Part shown: positions 30,806 to 40,478 of the stretch, one piece after another
How the letters are laid out: the number at the start of each line of letters is the position of its first letter
Position numbering within the stretch: the stretch's first letter is position 1
Source: Thermodesulfobacteriota bacterium
Lineage (GTDB): Bacteria > Desulfobacterota > Desulfobacteria > Desulfobacterales > SURF-7
Assembly (NCBI GenBank): GCA_049320885.1
Contig: JBMORA010000028.1
Location: 65,306-129,305 of the forward strand
Direction of reading: 5' to 3'
DNA length: 64,000 bases
Made by a program: the position numbers and the translations under genes
The notes under the pieces: generated by a model
The model's database searches: none
What the model saw: only the letters and a program-made list of their open reading frames with translations
Told to the model about the DNA's origin: nothing

Positions 30806-32072
30806 CACAAACCGCGCCATCTGGGCAGACCGTCTGGACAAGGCCGTCATCTTTTCCGGCGCCTTCGTGCCCGCGGGGATCGTGGTCGGCAATGCCGGTT
30901 TCGAAGCCGCCGTGGCCCTGGCCGGACTCTGCTGGATTGTCCGTTCCGTTCTGGCCGGGGAAAACCCCCTGCCCCGTCTGCTCCGTCATCCCGTCCTGCT
31001 GCCCTGGCTGGCCTGGTATGGAAGCATCCTGATCAGCCTCTTGTGGAACGGCCCGGGCGACAAAGGCTGGGCCCATGATGTCGTGCTCATCCGGCACCTG
31101 CTCTTTTGCGCGGCCCTGATCGACACCTCCCGCCGCCGCGAGGTGGCCCGTCCCCTCCTGATGGGCCTGGCCGCAGGACTGCTGTGGGCGGCCCTGAATA
31201 CGGCCCTGGCCCATGTCTTCGGCCACGATCTCATGGGAAAAGACCTGGAACGGTATGCCAACAAACTCAAGGAGGCGGAACGCATCGCCAGTTTTGCCGC
31301 CTATGCCGCGCCCTTTTACCTGGCCTGGGGCCTGCTGGACAAAACCCTGACCAGTCGAAACCGCGGCCTGATTTTCGGTCTCGCCCTGCTTGCCGCAGGA
31401 TTGATGGTGCTTTTCCGGATCCGCACGGCGATGCTGGGCGCCGGCGCCGGCCTGCTGCTGGCCCTGGCCTATCTGACGACCCGCTATATTTCCACCAAAA
31501 CCGCCGTCATCCTGTTCCTGATGCTGGGGTTCGCCGGCGGCCTGGGAGTGAAATATCTGCCCCGCCCGGGCGGCAATCTGGACAGCGTCTATGACCGCAT
31601 CAATATCTGGAAAGTGGCCTGGCACATGTTTCAGGAAAACCCCGTCGTCGGTGTCTCGGTTTCCGCCTGGCGGCAGGTGTATGCCACAACCGCGGCTTCC
31701 GGAGCCGTAGCTCCCTATGTATCGCCGGATGGCCGCGTGGTGCGCTCGCCGGACGCCACCCATTGCCACAGCCTGTTCTTCCAGGTGCTGTCCAGCACCG
31801 GAATTCTGGGCTCGCTGGTGTTCGTCTGGCTGTTTTTCAGTATCGTGCGGAGGGTTTCCGGGGGACTTTCGGGGTGGCGTTATGGCCTGTTGACCTGGCC
31901 GGCGGTTTTTATCATGATCGGACTCACGGGCTGGAATATTTTCGGCGCCCAGTATCTTCCGATTTTCGCCTTTTGGGTGGCCCTGGCGGCATTGCCCGTG
32001 GAAGGGGTCAATCCGGCAGGCGGCGGTTCCCTGCAACCGCACAGCGGATTGGATTCCGCCACCCGGGCATAA
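30798..32072 (+). CDS. O-antigen ligase (WaaL/Wzy_C) family membrane protein
   Basis: About 10-12 TM segments; R..IW..A..MF.ENP..G.; HCHS equivalent of the H-x-H-N motif. Confidence 0.78.
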   Translation: MTDTNRAIWADRLDKAVIFSGAFVPAGIVVGNAGFEAAVALAGLCWIVRSVLAGENPLPRLLRHPVLLPWLAWYGSILISLLWNGPGDKGWAHDVVLIRHLLFCAALIDTSRRREVARPLLMGLAAGLLWAALNTALAHVFGHDLMGKDLERYANKLKEAERIASFAAYAAPFYLAWGLLDKTLTSRNRGLIFGLALLAAGLMVLFRIRTAMLGAGAGLLLALAYLTTRYISTKTAVILFLMLGFAGGLGVKYLPRPGGNLDSVYDRINIWKVAWHMFQENPVVGVSVSAWRQVYATTAASGAVAPYVSPDGRVVRSPDATHCHSLFFQVLSSTGILGSLVFVWLFFSIVRRVSGGLSGWRYGLLTWPAVFIMIGLTGWNIFGAQYLPIFAFWVALAALPVEGVNPAGGGSLQPHSGLDSATRA

Positions 32073-32104
32073 CCCGCGGTTGCATCAACGGAACAGAAAT
32101 CGCA

Positions 32105-32275
32105 TCAGACATAAACCGATCGATCGAACAGTCTGGAGCTGATGGTGTCGATCAGATCCTCCCTGTCCTGCCAGTCATTTTCACAGACCGGACAGCTCAA
32201 CCGCGAAGAAATCCGTCGATCCCCATCATACCGAACCACTTCGATAAGCATTGCATGGCATTTATTGCAGTTCAT
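32105..32275 (-). CDS. Small 56-aa zinc-ribbon-like protein (two CxxC)
   Basis: MNCNKC...CPVC; strong RBS GGGGAGGGG; AT-rich upstream promoter region. Confidence 0.6.
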   Translation of the reverse strand: MNCNKCHAMLIEVVRYDGDRRISSRLSCPVCENDWQDREDLIDTISSRLFDRSVYV

Positions 32276-32449
32276 CGGCAGCCCCTCCCCTTTTGAAATC
32301 TGCCATTCCATAAAGCAATAAAAATACCAGGGCAACATATTTTTTTATATAATATAATTTCATATAGTTATAAAAACATGGAGAGAGCAAAAACCGGAAT
32401 TGTGAAAATCAGTATCCAATCGCGCTGAAACATTGTTCACAAATAGGAA

Positions 32450-33409
32450 CTATTTTTCCGCATTTTCCGCCCGGAGATCCGGAAATTTGGCCATCTTTCC
32501 GGTATCGCTCGATTTATTCGCGTCCTTGTCCCCTTCCGGAACCGATACCGCTGGGTCCCCCTGCGGGCACCGGGCGCTTGCGAATGCATGCGCCAGCTCC
32601 CGGTACCAGGCAGCTTCCCGGTCCCGTCCCCGGCGCAAACATCCGCCTGCGTAAATAGCGCATTTTTCCTGCAATTTATCAACCGCGGCGCGGAACTGAT
32701 CCCGGGTAAGCGGCTCGGTCTCCAGGATTTTGACAAGGGATTGGATGCGAAACCGGTCCAGGCCATCCCGGGCAGACAACTGGTCCTCGTGCCCCCCCTG
32801 CTTGACGATCAAGGGTTCGTCCAAAAGATAAATCGGATAACGGCAGCCGATCCGCAACCACAGGTCATAATCCTCGCAGGCCGGAAGGGTTTCGTCAAAC
32901 CCACCCATTTCCTCGAAAAGCTCCCGTTTCAGCATGACCGCCGACGGACTGACCAGGCACAGGGAAAGGGAGGGGAAAAAAATCATCCCCGACGGTTTCC
33001 GGTGACGGTTTTTGGGATTCACCCGTTTTCCCCTGCGAATCCAGACTTCCTCGGTCTGACAGATCATTGCCTCCGGGTGGTCCTCGAAAAACGCCACCTG
33101 CCGGAACAGTTTTTCCGGCAACCACAGATCGTCGGAATCCAGAAAGGCCAGAAACCTGCCGGTGGATAGCGCCACCCCCCGGTTTCTGGCGGCGCTGACC
33201 CCCTGATTTTCCTGGTAATGCACCCGGAACCCCGGCTGCATCCGGGACAGCGCCAGCCGGGTTTCGTCGGTGGAGCCGTCATCCACCACAATGAGTTCCA
33301 TATCCCGGAATGTCTGGGCTAAAACCGATTCCACGGCCCGGACCACCATCCCGGCCCGGTTGAAAGTCGGGACAATGACGCTGACGAGCGGCTTTGTTGC
33401 GGAATTCAT
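32450..33409 (-). CDS. Glycosyltransferase family 2
   Basis: VSVIVPTFNR, VVDDGSTD, GVSAARNRG, FLDSDD, EDYDLWLR. Confidence 0.92.
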   Translation of the reverse strand: MNSATKPLVSVIVPTFNRAGMVVRAVESVLAQTFRDMELIVVDDGSTDETRLALSRMQPGFRVHYQENQGVSAARNRGVALSTGRFLAFLDSDDLWLPEKLFRQVAFFEDHPEAMICQTEEVWIRRGKRVNPKNRHRKPSGMIFFPSLSLCLVSPSAVMLKRELFEEMGGFDETLPACEDYDLWLRIGCRYPIYLLDEPLIVKQGGHEDQLSARDGLDRFRIQSLVKILETEPLTRDQFRAAVDKLQEKCAIYAGGCLRRGRDREAAWYRELAHAFASARCPQGDPAVSVPEGDKDANKSSDTGKMAKFPDLRAENAEK

Positions 33410-33612
33410 GATCCAGTCACCCCTGTATTCCCGATGGACATCCATTTGGAATGGTACCACATACCGAAAGACGGCCGGAGATCAAGCAAAAAATGATTGC
33501 CCGTGGAAATCCGGCCTGATAAAAAAGGACGACCCATGGTCCCAACCCTGATGCGACCCGGCCGCCTGCCGGCATCGGCCGGTCCCGAACCATTGGAAGG
33601 AAAGGAAACAAC

Positions 33613-34083
33613 ATGATCCAGGTCACCATTCCAGGGCACGGAGACATTCAGTTGCACCATCTGGTGCTGGATTACAATGGAACCCTGGCGGTGGACGGGA
33701 GACTGGTGCCGGGGGTAAAGCAAATCTTGATGGAATTGTCTCAAGTAGTTGAAATCCATGTAGTCACAGCCGATACATTCGGACAGGCAGCAGCAAACCT
33801 GGAGGGCCTACCCTGCCGGTTGACCATTCTGCCGGAGGGCCGTCAGGATGAAGGCAAACGGGACTTTGTCCGAAGCCTGGGCGCCCACCGGACCTGCAGC
33901 ATGGGAAACGGCCGGAATGACTGCCTGATGCTGGCGGAATCCGCCCTGGGTGTCGCCGTCATCCTCGAGGAAGGCGCCTCCGCCAGGGCAGTGACGGCCG
34001 CGAATGTCGTCTGCACGGATATCGTCGCAGCTCTGCGCCTGCTCCAAAATCCCCTGCGACTGAAAGCGACCCTGCGGTTTTAG
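33613..34083 (+). CDS. HAD-family hydrolase (soluble P-type ATPase-like)
   Basis: LDYNGTLAVDG, TADTFG, GNGRND. Confidence 0.85.
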   Translation: MIQVTIPGHGDIQLHHLVLDYNGTLAVDGRLVPGVKQILMELSQVVEIHVVTADTFGQAAANLEGLPCRLTILPEGRQDEGKRDFVRSLGAHRTCSMGNGRNDCLMLAESALGVAVILEEGASARAVTAANVVCTDIVAALRLLQNPLRLKATLRF

Positions 34084-34132
34084 GAAGCGTCCATCAGGAA
34101 ATACCATCCCGGCTTCATGAGGCTCATCCCGG

Positions 34133-34855
34133 TCACCGCCCCTCCTCGATCACCGGGTTCTCCAGAACGCCGATGGGCTCGATATCCACGGCCACGGTGT
34201 CGCCATGGTGCAAAGGCCCCACGCCGGCAGGGGTTCCGGTGAGAATGATATCCCCGGGCATCAGGGTGAAATTCATGGATACAAAGGCAATGATTTCCGG
34301 AATGGGGAAAATCATATGGCGGGTATTGGAATCCTGAACAGTCTTGCCGTTCAGCCGGCAGCGGATGGGAAGATTCTGGGGGTCGCCGATATCCTGGGTA
34401 AGCACCAGCCGGGGTCCGATGGGACCGAAACCGTCCAGGGATTTTCCCCGGAACCAGCCGGATTTGTCGCCGGTCTGCAGATTCCGCTGGCTCACGTCGT
34501 TCATGCAGGTGAATCCCAGGACATGCCGCAACGCATCGCTGGCCGGCACCTGTTTGCAGGTGTCCTTGATGATCAGCGCCAGCTCGGCCTCATAGTCCAC
34601 CCGGGGCGACTCAAAACCGTATTTTTTCAGGAAAGCCGGAATGACGATGGGGTCATGATGCCCGATCAACACATTCGGGGTCTTCGGAAACAGGATGGGC
34701 TCCGCCGGAATGTCAGCGGTGAAACCCCGCACCTTCACCGAAACGCTTTCCGCGATATGATCACGGTAGTTCAGACCAAGGGCGATGATCTTCGACGGTG
34801 CCACGGTATAGCGCTCGGAACGGTTGCCGATGGGTAAGGATATCATAGTCGTCAT
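34133..34855 (-). CDS. Fumarylacetoacetate hydrolase family protein
   Basis: KIIALGLNYRDH, DYEAEL, NDVSQR, GKSLDGFGPIGP, PGDIILTGTPAGVG; start may be 34846. Confidence 0.93.
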   Translation of the reverse strand: MTTMISLPIGNRSERYTVAPSKIIALGLNYRDHIAESVSVKVRGFTADIPAEPILFPKTPNVLIGHHDPIVIPAFLKKYGFESPRVDYEAELALIIKDTCKQVPASDALRHVLGFTCMNDVSQRNLQTGDKSGWFRGKSLDGFGPIGPRLVLTQDIGDPQNLPIRCRLNGKTVQDSNTRHMIFPIPEIIAFVSMNFTLMPGDIILTGTPAGVGPLHHGDTVAVDIEPIGVLENPVIEEGR

Positions 34856-35182
34856 TCTGTCGTTATCCTGTCGTTATCCGGTTCGTTATTCCTTTGACGA
34901 AGGCGGAAGGCAATCCCCATGATCCCGCTGGTTCGCATTCATGATGCCATGCTTCAAATCGCCGGGATACCGGTCTCCTTACCCCGGACCCGCCGCGGCG
35001 TCAAGTATCCCAAACCAAACCGCGAGCCCCCCTCTCCACCAGGGACAAAAGCGCGTTGTCTCTTATGCCGGCCTGTGGTATGGGTGGACCTTACAACCCT
35101 CCGCCACTCTTGAGGGCGATGAACCCGTGGGGAACATCGGCCTTCCCGATGATCAACCGGATGGAAGGGAAAAGGAGCTGCC

Positions 35183-36109
35183 ATGCCTACAGGCGCATGT
35201 GGAATCAACTGCGATGTCTGCCGGCTCAACCTCGGCGGGGTCTGCTCCAGCTGTGGAGCGGGCACCAGCGAACAAGGCGCCATGAAAATGGCTGCCCAGG
35301 AAAGAATCCTGGGCCGTCCCTGTCCGATCCTGGCCTGCGCGGCCATGAACCGGGTGGCCTACTGCATGCAGGGCTGCAATCAGTTCCCCTGCGACAATTT
35401 CAGCGCCGGCCCCTATCCGTTTTCCAAGGGTTTCCTGGAAATGCAGCAACGCAGACGTCAGGAAAAACCGCCCGCCCGGTCCCCCGCCGGGCAGCTCGCG
35501 GGAATCCCGGAGGAATATTGGAACCGCCTGGCCGCGCTGGAAAGCGCCGACGTCTGCGAACGCACCCTGGCCGTCCCCCACGAGTCCGGCGGCTATCGGC
35601 TCGCGTTTCTGAACAAGGAGCTCTGGATCGACCTGGCGGAACGGAAGGTGAAAATCCAGCACGGTCCGAACTGGGAATCCCGGGAGGATCCGCTGCTGGA
35701 GCTGGTGGCCCTGCTCTACCTCAACAACGCCTCCTACGCCGCCCTGCGCAACGAAATGGTTACGGTCAACGAGCTGAAGGAGGGTCATTTTTTTGTGGGG
35801 ATTCACAGCCTGGACATCCAGGGGGTCCTGGACCGATTCGGCGGGGATCCCCATGGCTTCCGCCTGGCGGCCGAGGCGGCCGGCGGCCGGCCGGAACCCT
35901 TTGCCGATATCGCCTATGTGTTCCCGGCCCTTCCCAAGATTCCGGTGACCTATCTGTTGTGGCTGGGGGATGAGGAATTCAAGCCGCGACTCACGGTTTG
36001 TTTTGACCGCTCCATTGAAAAACATTTCGCCGCGGACGGTATCTGGGCCCTGGTGAAGAGACTCTCCTTCGAACTGTTGACGGGCATCGGTCCGTACAAC
36101 CGGTTCTGA
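35183..36109 (+). CDS. Cys-rich DUF3795-like N-terminus fused to DUF3786 domain
   Basis: ACGINCDVC...CSSC...CPILAC...YC..GC..FPC; C-terminal LPKIPV.Y.LW.GDEEF...FD; RBS AAGGAG. Confidence 0.75.
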   Translation: MPTGACGINCDVCRLNLGGVCSSCGAGTSEQGAMKMAAQERILGRPCPILACAAMNRVAYCMQGCNQFPCDNFSAGPYPFSKGFLEMQQRRRQEKPPARSPAGQLAGIPEEYWNRLAALESADVCERTLAVPHESGGYRLAFLNKELWIDLAERKVKIQHGPNWESREDPLLELVALLYLNNASYAALRNEMVTVNELKEGHFFVGIHSLDIQGVLDRFGGDPHGFRLAAEAAGGRPEPFADIAYVFPALPKIPVTYLLWLGDEEFKPRLTVCFDRSIEKHFAADGIWALVKRLSFELLTGIGPYNRF

Positions 36110-36129
36110 GCGCCCCCCTCTCAGCCCCC

Positions 36130-36975
36130 ATGCTGCAAAACTCCTTTCTGCATATTCCCGGTATCGGCTTGAAAACCGAAGAAAAACTCTGGCAGGCCGG
36201 CCTTACGGAGTGGCGTCAGGCCGTCGTGCCCGGAGGTTTCCCTATTCCTGTCAGGAAACGGCTGCTGTTCACCGACTGCCTCCATGAGTCCATGGACCAG
36301 CTCCGCAACCGCAATCTGCTCTTTTTTGAAAGACGGATGCCGTCTTTTGCCCACTGGCGTTTTTTTATGGAATTCCGGGAAGAGACCGCTTTCCTGGATA
36401 TTGAAACCGACGGTCTGGACAGCGAAAACGGGATGATCACCACCATTGCCCTGTACGACGGCCGCCGCCTGCGCCATTATGTCAACGGTCACAATCTGGA
36501 AGCTTTTCCGGGCGACCTTCGCGGATACAAACTTCTGGTGACCTACAACGGCAAATGCTTCGATATCCCCTTCATTGAACGGTATTTCCGAATCCGGATT
36601 CACCAGGCCCAGATCGACCTGCGCCATGTGCTGGCCGGCCTGGGCTTCAAAGGCGGGCTGAAACGTTGCGAGGCCGCCCTCGGCATCCATCGAGGCGTCC
36701 TGAAAGACGTGGACGGCTGGATCGCCCCCCTGCTCTTTCAGGAATACCGCCGCAACCGGAACGCCGCAGCCCTGGAAACCCTCTTGGCATATAACATGGC
36801 GGATGCAATCAATCTGGAGGCCCTGATGGTGATCGCCCACAACCGTCATATCGAAGGAACGCCCTTCGTTCTCACCCACCGGATTCCCGAACCCACCCGG
36901 CCGCAGAACCCATTCCAGGCGGACCGGCGCATCATCGAAACCATTCAATCAAGGAATGTCAGTGGATGGGCGTAA
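36130..36975 (+). CDS. RNase H-like (YprB/DnaQ-type) exonuclease domain protein
   Basis: FLHIPGIG HhH, FLDIETDGL, TYNGKCFDIPFI, GGLK..E, YN..D..NL. Confidence 0.85.
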   Translation: MLQNSFLHIPGIGLKTEEKLWQAGLTEWRQAVVPGGFPIPVRKRLLFTDCLHESMDQLRNRNLLFFERRMPSFAHWRFFMEFREETAFLDIETDGLDSENGMITTIALYDGRRLRHYVNGHNLEAFPGDLRGYKLLVTYNGKCFDIPFIERYFRIRIHQAQIDLRHVLAGLGFKGGLKRCEAALGIHRGVLKDVDGWIAPLLFQEYRRNRNAAALETLLAYNMADAINLEALMVIAHNRHIEGTPFVLTHRIPEPTRPQNPFQADRRIIETIQSRNVSGWA

Positions 36976-37988
36976 GCCAGATGCAGGCCGAAGTCGTTGC
37001 TGTTGTCATAGATGATGAAATTTTCGATCAGACCGAACTCCAGCACCCCCGCGTTTTCACATTGCCATTTCAGTCCCAGGGTGAATTCATGGGCCGGTTC
37101 ATGAAACCGGCCGTAGTTTTTGACCATGCCTTCATGGAAATTGTATTGGGCCACGATCCCCAGCCGGCGCCATTGCCGGCTGACGGCGAACATGCTGGAC
37201 CAGGCGTCGTTTTCCATGCGGAAAGCGAAATCCTCGAATTCCGTCTGGCCGAAATTGGTATAGCCCACATGGCCGTAAATGAACCAGCCATTCGCCAGCC
37301 GTTTGGCCATGCCCAGGCCGAATCCGATATCCAGCGGCAGGCTGGGGCTTTTGGGGCCGCGCAGACCATAGTGGACCAGTGCGGTGGCGCCCAGGGACGG
37401 CAGCCAGCGGCCGCCGTGGGTCAGGACATAATGCGACAGGAGGCCGATCCCGTTGTTGTCCAGCTGCTCCCCGAGATCGCCCTCCTCGGTCAATGGACGG
37501 CCCATTTCATCCCGGGTGATGTAGCGGGTTCGATAGCGGGGAAACTGGTCGCGGCCGCCCTGGTCGATTCCGCAGACGTCATGGAAGTTCTGAATAAAGC
37601 CGTCCAAAATGCCGCCGTAGTATTTTCGCTGGTCATAAAAAATCCCGAATCCCAGGCGCCGGGTCATCCCATAGGTCAGTCCCGCGTATCCGTCCAGGAT
37701 CTCATAGTCCATTGTATATTCCCGTTCGTTGATCCACAGGTTGGAGGTGGAACCCCCCAGACGGAGACTCCATCCGGGAGTAATGGAACCCGGAAGCACG
37801 CTGACCATGGCGAAACGCAGACTTTGACCCGGGGAGGACGACCGTAAATCCATGGGGCCGAGACCGATGTTGCCCCCATCTTCCCATTCGTCGGAATGCA
37901 CCGTTCCGTTGGTCAGCACGACCAGCAGCACCGCGCCCCGGAAGATCGAAGACAGCTTCCCACGGCGGTTATTCCCGCGCATCCGCAA
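36945..37988 (-). CDS. DUF3187-like exported/outer-membrane protein
   Basis: Signal peptide; GGILDGFIQNFHD..G...GGR; EN...DNS.DFG C-terminus; start uncertain. Confidence 0.65.
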   Translation of the reverse strand: MRMRGNNRRGKLSSIFRGAVLLVVLTNGTVHSDEWEDGGNIGLGPMDLRSSSPGQSLRFAMVSVLPGSITPGWSLRLGGSTSNLWINEREYTMDYEILDGYAGLTYGMTRRLGFGIFYDQRKYYGGILDGFIQNFHDVCGIDQGGRDQFPRYRTRYITRDEMGRPLTEEGDLGEQLDNNGIGLLSHYVLTHGGRWLPSLGATALVHYGLRGPKSPSLPLDIGFGLGMAKRLANGWFIYGHVGYTNFGQTEFEDFAFRMENDAWSSMFAVSRQWRRLGIVAQYNFHEGMVKNYGRFHEPAHEFTLGLKWQCENAGVLEFGLIENFIIYDNSNDFGLHLAYAHPLTFLD

Positions 37989-38164
37989 CTCCGTCCGAGA
38001 AAAGGTATTTTGGGGTGACTCAATCCGATATATTCATATCACATACATCCGGGCGCCTCAATCAGTCATATCAACGGAAAAACCCGGATGTTTTTTTTAT
38101 TGGACGAAATCGTCGACAATGCTATTGATGATTTGAAATGAATCAACACCAGGGTGGAGTACAC

Positions 38165-39046
38165 ATGTCGGAATGCATCGAAGTGAATGTCCTTTCAGAA
38201 TTGCTGAAATTGCTGAAACTGGAAAAAATCGAAGAAACCGTCTTCCGGGGGCAGAGTCAGGATCTGGGATTCGGCAATGTTTTCGGCGGCCAGGTGCTGG
38301 GCCAGGCGCTTTCGGCCGCATCCCAGACCGTGCCGGCAAACCGCAGCGCCCACAGCCTGCATGCCTATTTTCTCAGGCCCGGCGATGCGACCCGGCCCAT
38401 CGTCTACAATGTGGACTGCATCCGGGACGGAAACAGTTTCACGACCAGACGGGTGGTGGCGATCCAAAAAGGCCGCGCCGTTTTTTCCATGGCCGCCTCA
38501 TTCCAGCTGGATGAGACCGGTTTCGAACACGCGGAGCCCATGCCCCGGGAAATCCCCGAACCCGACACCCTGCTTTCCGAACTGCAACTGGCCCAACGGG
38601 TCAGCCATAAAATTCCGCTGGAAATCCGGGATAAAATTCTTTGCCGCAAACCCATCGAAATCCGGCCCGTAAATCCCATCAACCCCTTTGCCCCGGAAAA
38701 ACGCCTGCCGCGGCGACAAGTCTGGTTCAAATCCGCCGGCCGCATGCCGGACGATCTGGCGATTCATCAGTACATGCTGGCATATGCCTCTGATTTCGGG
38801 CTGGTGTCGACTTCCCTCTATCCCCACGGGCACAGTTTCTGGGAGCCGGCCATGCAGGTCGCCAGTCTCGATCATGCCATGTGGTTCCATCGGGATTTCC
38901 GTATGGACGATTGGCTGCTGTACGCCATGGAAAGCCCCTCCGCGGGAAAATCCAGGGGCATGAGCATCGGCAAGATCTTTACCCGGGAGGGAAAGCTGGT
39001 GGCTACCGTGGCCCAGGAAGGGCTGATCCGGTTTCACGCCGGCTGA
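38165..39046 (+). CDS. tesB: Acyl-CoA thioesterase II
   Basis: VFGGQVLGQAL, HSLHAYFLRPG, RDGNSFTTRRV, AYASD, ASLDHAMWFH, QEGLIR. Confidence 0.95.
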   Translation: MSECIEVNVLSELLKLLKLEKIEETVFRGQSQDLGFGNVFGGQVLGQALSAASQTVPANRSAHSLHAYFLRPGDATRPIVYNVDCIRDGNSFTTRRVVAIQKGRAVFSMAASFQLDETGFEHAEPMPREIPEPDTLLSELQLAQRVSHKIPLEIRDKILCRKPIEIRPVNPINPFAPEKRLPRRQVWFKSAGRMPDDLAIHQYMLAYASDFGLVSTSLYPHGHSFWEPAMQVASLDHAMWFHRDFRMDDWLLYAMESPSAGKSRGMSIGKIFTREGKLVATVAQEGLIRFHAG

Positions 39047-39111
39047 AGTTCTCGCCCATATGGATAAAACGTTATTGTCAAACAAACCATTTTTGCAACG
39101 AGGTTATCACG

Positions 39112-39375
39112 ATGAATTCCAAAGCTGAAAAACTGTGGCGGGTGAACGTCATATCGTTTATCATTCTGATGCTGCTGGTCGTAACAGGAATGGCCAACTG
39201 GCTGGTGTTTCCGGGCGGTTCCCACGGCGCGGGTTCCTCGATAAGGGGTTTTCTCTGCGCTGTTCACCGGTGGAGCGCCGTCGGTTTCATCCTGATGATC
39301 GGCGTCCATCTTTTTTTCCATCTGGATTATATCAACAAAAGTCTGGAAAAATACGGCCTCCTCCGGAAGAGATAA
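39112..39375 (+). CDS. Small two-TM protein, DUF4405 / cytochrome b-like
   Basis: TG...W, H.W.......HL..H pattern; RBS GAGG. Confidence 0.65.
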   Translation: MNSKAEKLWRVNVISFIILMLLVVTGMANWLVFPGGSHGAGSSIRGFLCAVHRWSAVGFILMIGVHLFFHLDYINKSLEKYGLLRKR

Positions 39376-39458
39376 GCAACGACACCGCAAGAACCGGCGG
39401 GATCAAGGCAATCACATTGCCGCGTGTAAACGATTCATGGTAAAGAAAAGGGTTTCCG

Positions 39459-39875
39459 GTGAAAACCTATCGAAAGGAACTGACCTTCCACATCCCCACG
39501 CGCCGGGCTTTCGTCAATATCACTCCCCAGGTGGAGGAATGCATCGCCCTGAGCGGCATCCGGGAAGGCCTGGTGCTGGTCAACGCCATGCACATCACCG
39601 CCTCGGTGTTCATCAATGACGACGAATCGGGTCTTCATCATGATTATGATGTCTGGCTGGAAAAGCTGGCACCCCATGAACCGGTTTCCCAATACCGCCA
39701 CAATGTGGGCGAGGACAATGCCGACGCCCACATGAAACGGCAGATCATGGGCCGCGAAGTAGTGGCGGCCATCACGGACGGACGCCTGGATTTCGGCACC
39801 TGGGAGCAAATCTTCTACGGCGAATTCGACGGCCGGAGGAAAAAACGGGTGCTGGTGAAGATCATCGGGGAATAA
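39459..39875 (+). CDS. yjbQ: YjbQ/UPF0047 secondary thiamine-phosphate synthase family
   Basis: [36 protein letters not shown]. Confidence 0.9.
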   Translation: MKTYRKELTFHIPTRRAFVNITPQVEECIALSGIREGLVLVNAMHITASVFINDDESGLHHDYDVWLEKLAPHEPVSQYRHNVGEDNADAHMKRQIMGREVVAAITDGRLDFGTWEQIFYGEFDGRRKKRVLVKIIGE

Positions 39876-40029
39876 TGGCCGTCATGTCCTCTTTCCGGAA
39901 TTTTCCTTGACACTTTTACCGTGATTATGGCAATAGAGAAAGCTTGCTTTTGTGCGGCGGTTTCCCGGGTGCTGGAAACCGGATTACATACTAACTGTTT
40001 TGGTGAATATACAGGGATATTCCGGAAAA

Positions 40030-40458
40030 ATGCTTACCGACAAGAAAAAAGGTTTTTGGTATATCGCCCCGCTCGCCCTCGTTGCGCTGTTAGCCATGGC
40101 CCTGCCGATTTTGTCCGCCGATGAGGAAACCGACCCGTTTCCCGACCGGCAACGCCCGCCGGTGAATTTCCTGGAGGAATACCACGACGCGCATATGGAG
40201 AGCCAGGAATGTCTGGCCTGCCATCATAAATACGAAGACGGCGAGAATGTGCTGGATGAAAGCGACCTGGAAGAGGACAATCCGGACATCCGCTGCGCGT
40301 CCTGTCATAACGCGTCTTCCGATAACGATCCTACGGATCCCATGGAAGCGTATCACCGCCAGTGCATGGGTTGCCATGATGAGCTGAGCGCCAAGGGTGA
40401 GGAAACCGGTCCCAGCCTTTGCGGAGAATGCCATATCCGACAGAAAAATAAGGAATAA
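40030..40458 (+). CDS. Periplasmic acidic tetraheme cytochrome c3 (class III, TmcA-like)
   Basis: Signal peptide; four CxxCH (CLACHH, CASCH, CMGCH, CGECH); H..H distal ligands; very acidic. Confidence 0.9.
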   Translation: MLTDKKKGFWYIAPLALVALLAMALPILSADEETDPFPDRQRPPVNFLEEYHDAHMESQECLACHHKYEDGENVLDESDLEEDNPDIRCASCHNASSDNDPTDPMEAYHRQCMGCHDELSAKGEETGPSLCGECHIRQKNKE

Positions 40459-40478
40459 GCCGTTTCACGGAGGTAGAT

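Noticed and set aside
32400..32442. TTGTGAA and TTCACAA half-sites resembling a Rex operator
   Set aside because: They are 29 nt apart instead of the 4 nt required
35060..35160. Resemblance to SAM-I (CTCTTAT...GATGAA) or fluoride (GGCGATG...GATG) riboswitch
   Set aside because: Core conserved elements and pairings of both families are missing; kept only as an unclassified structured leader
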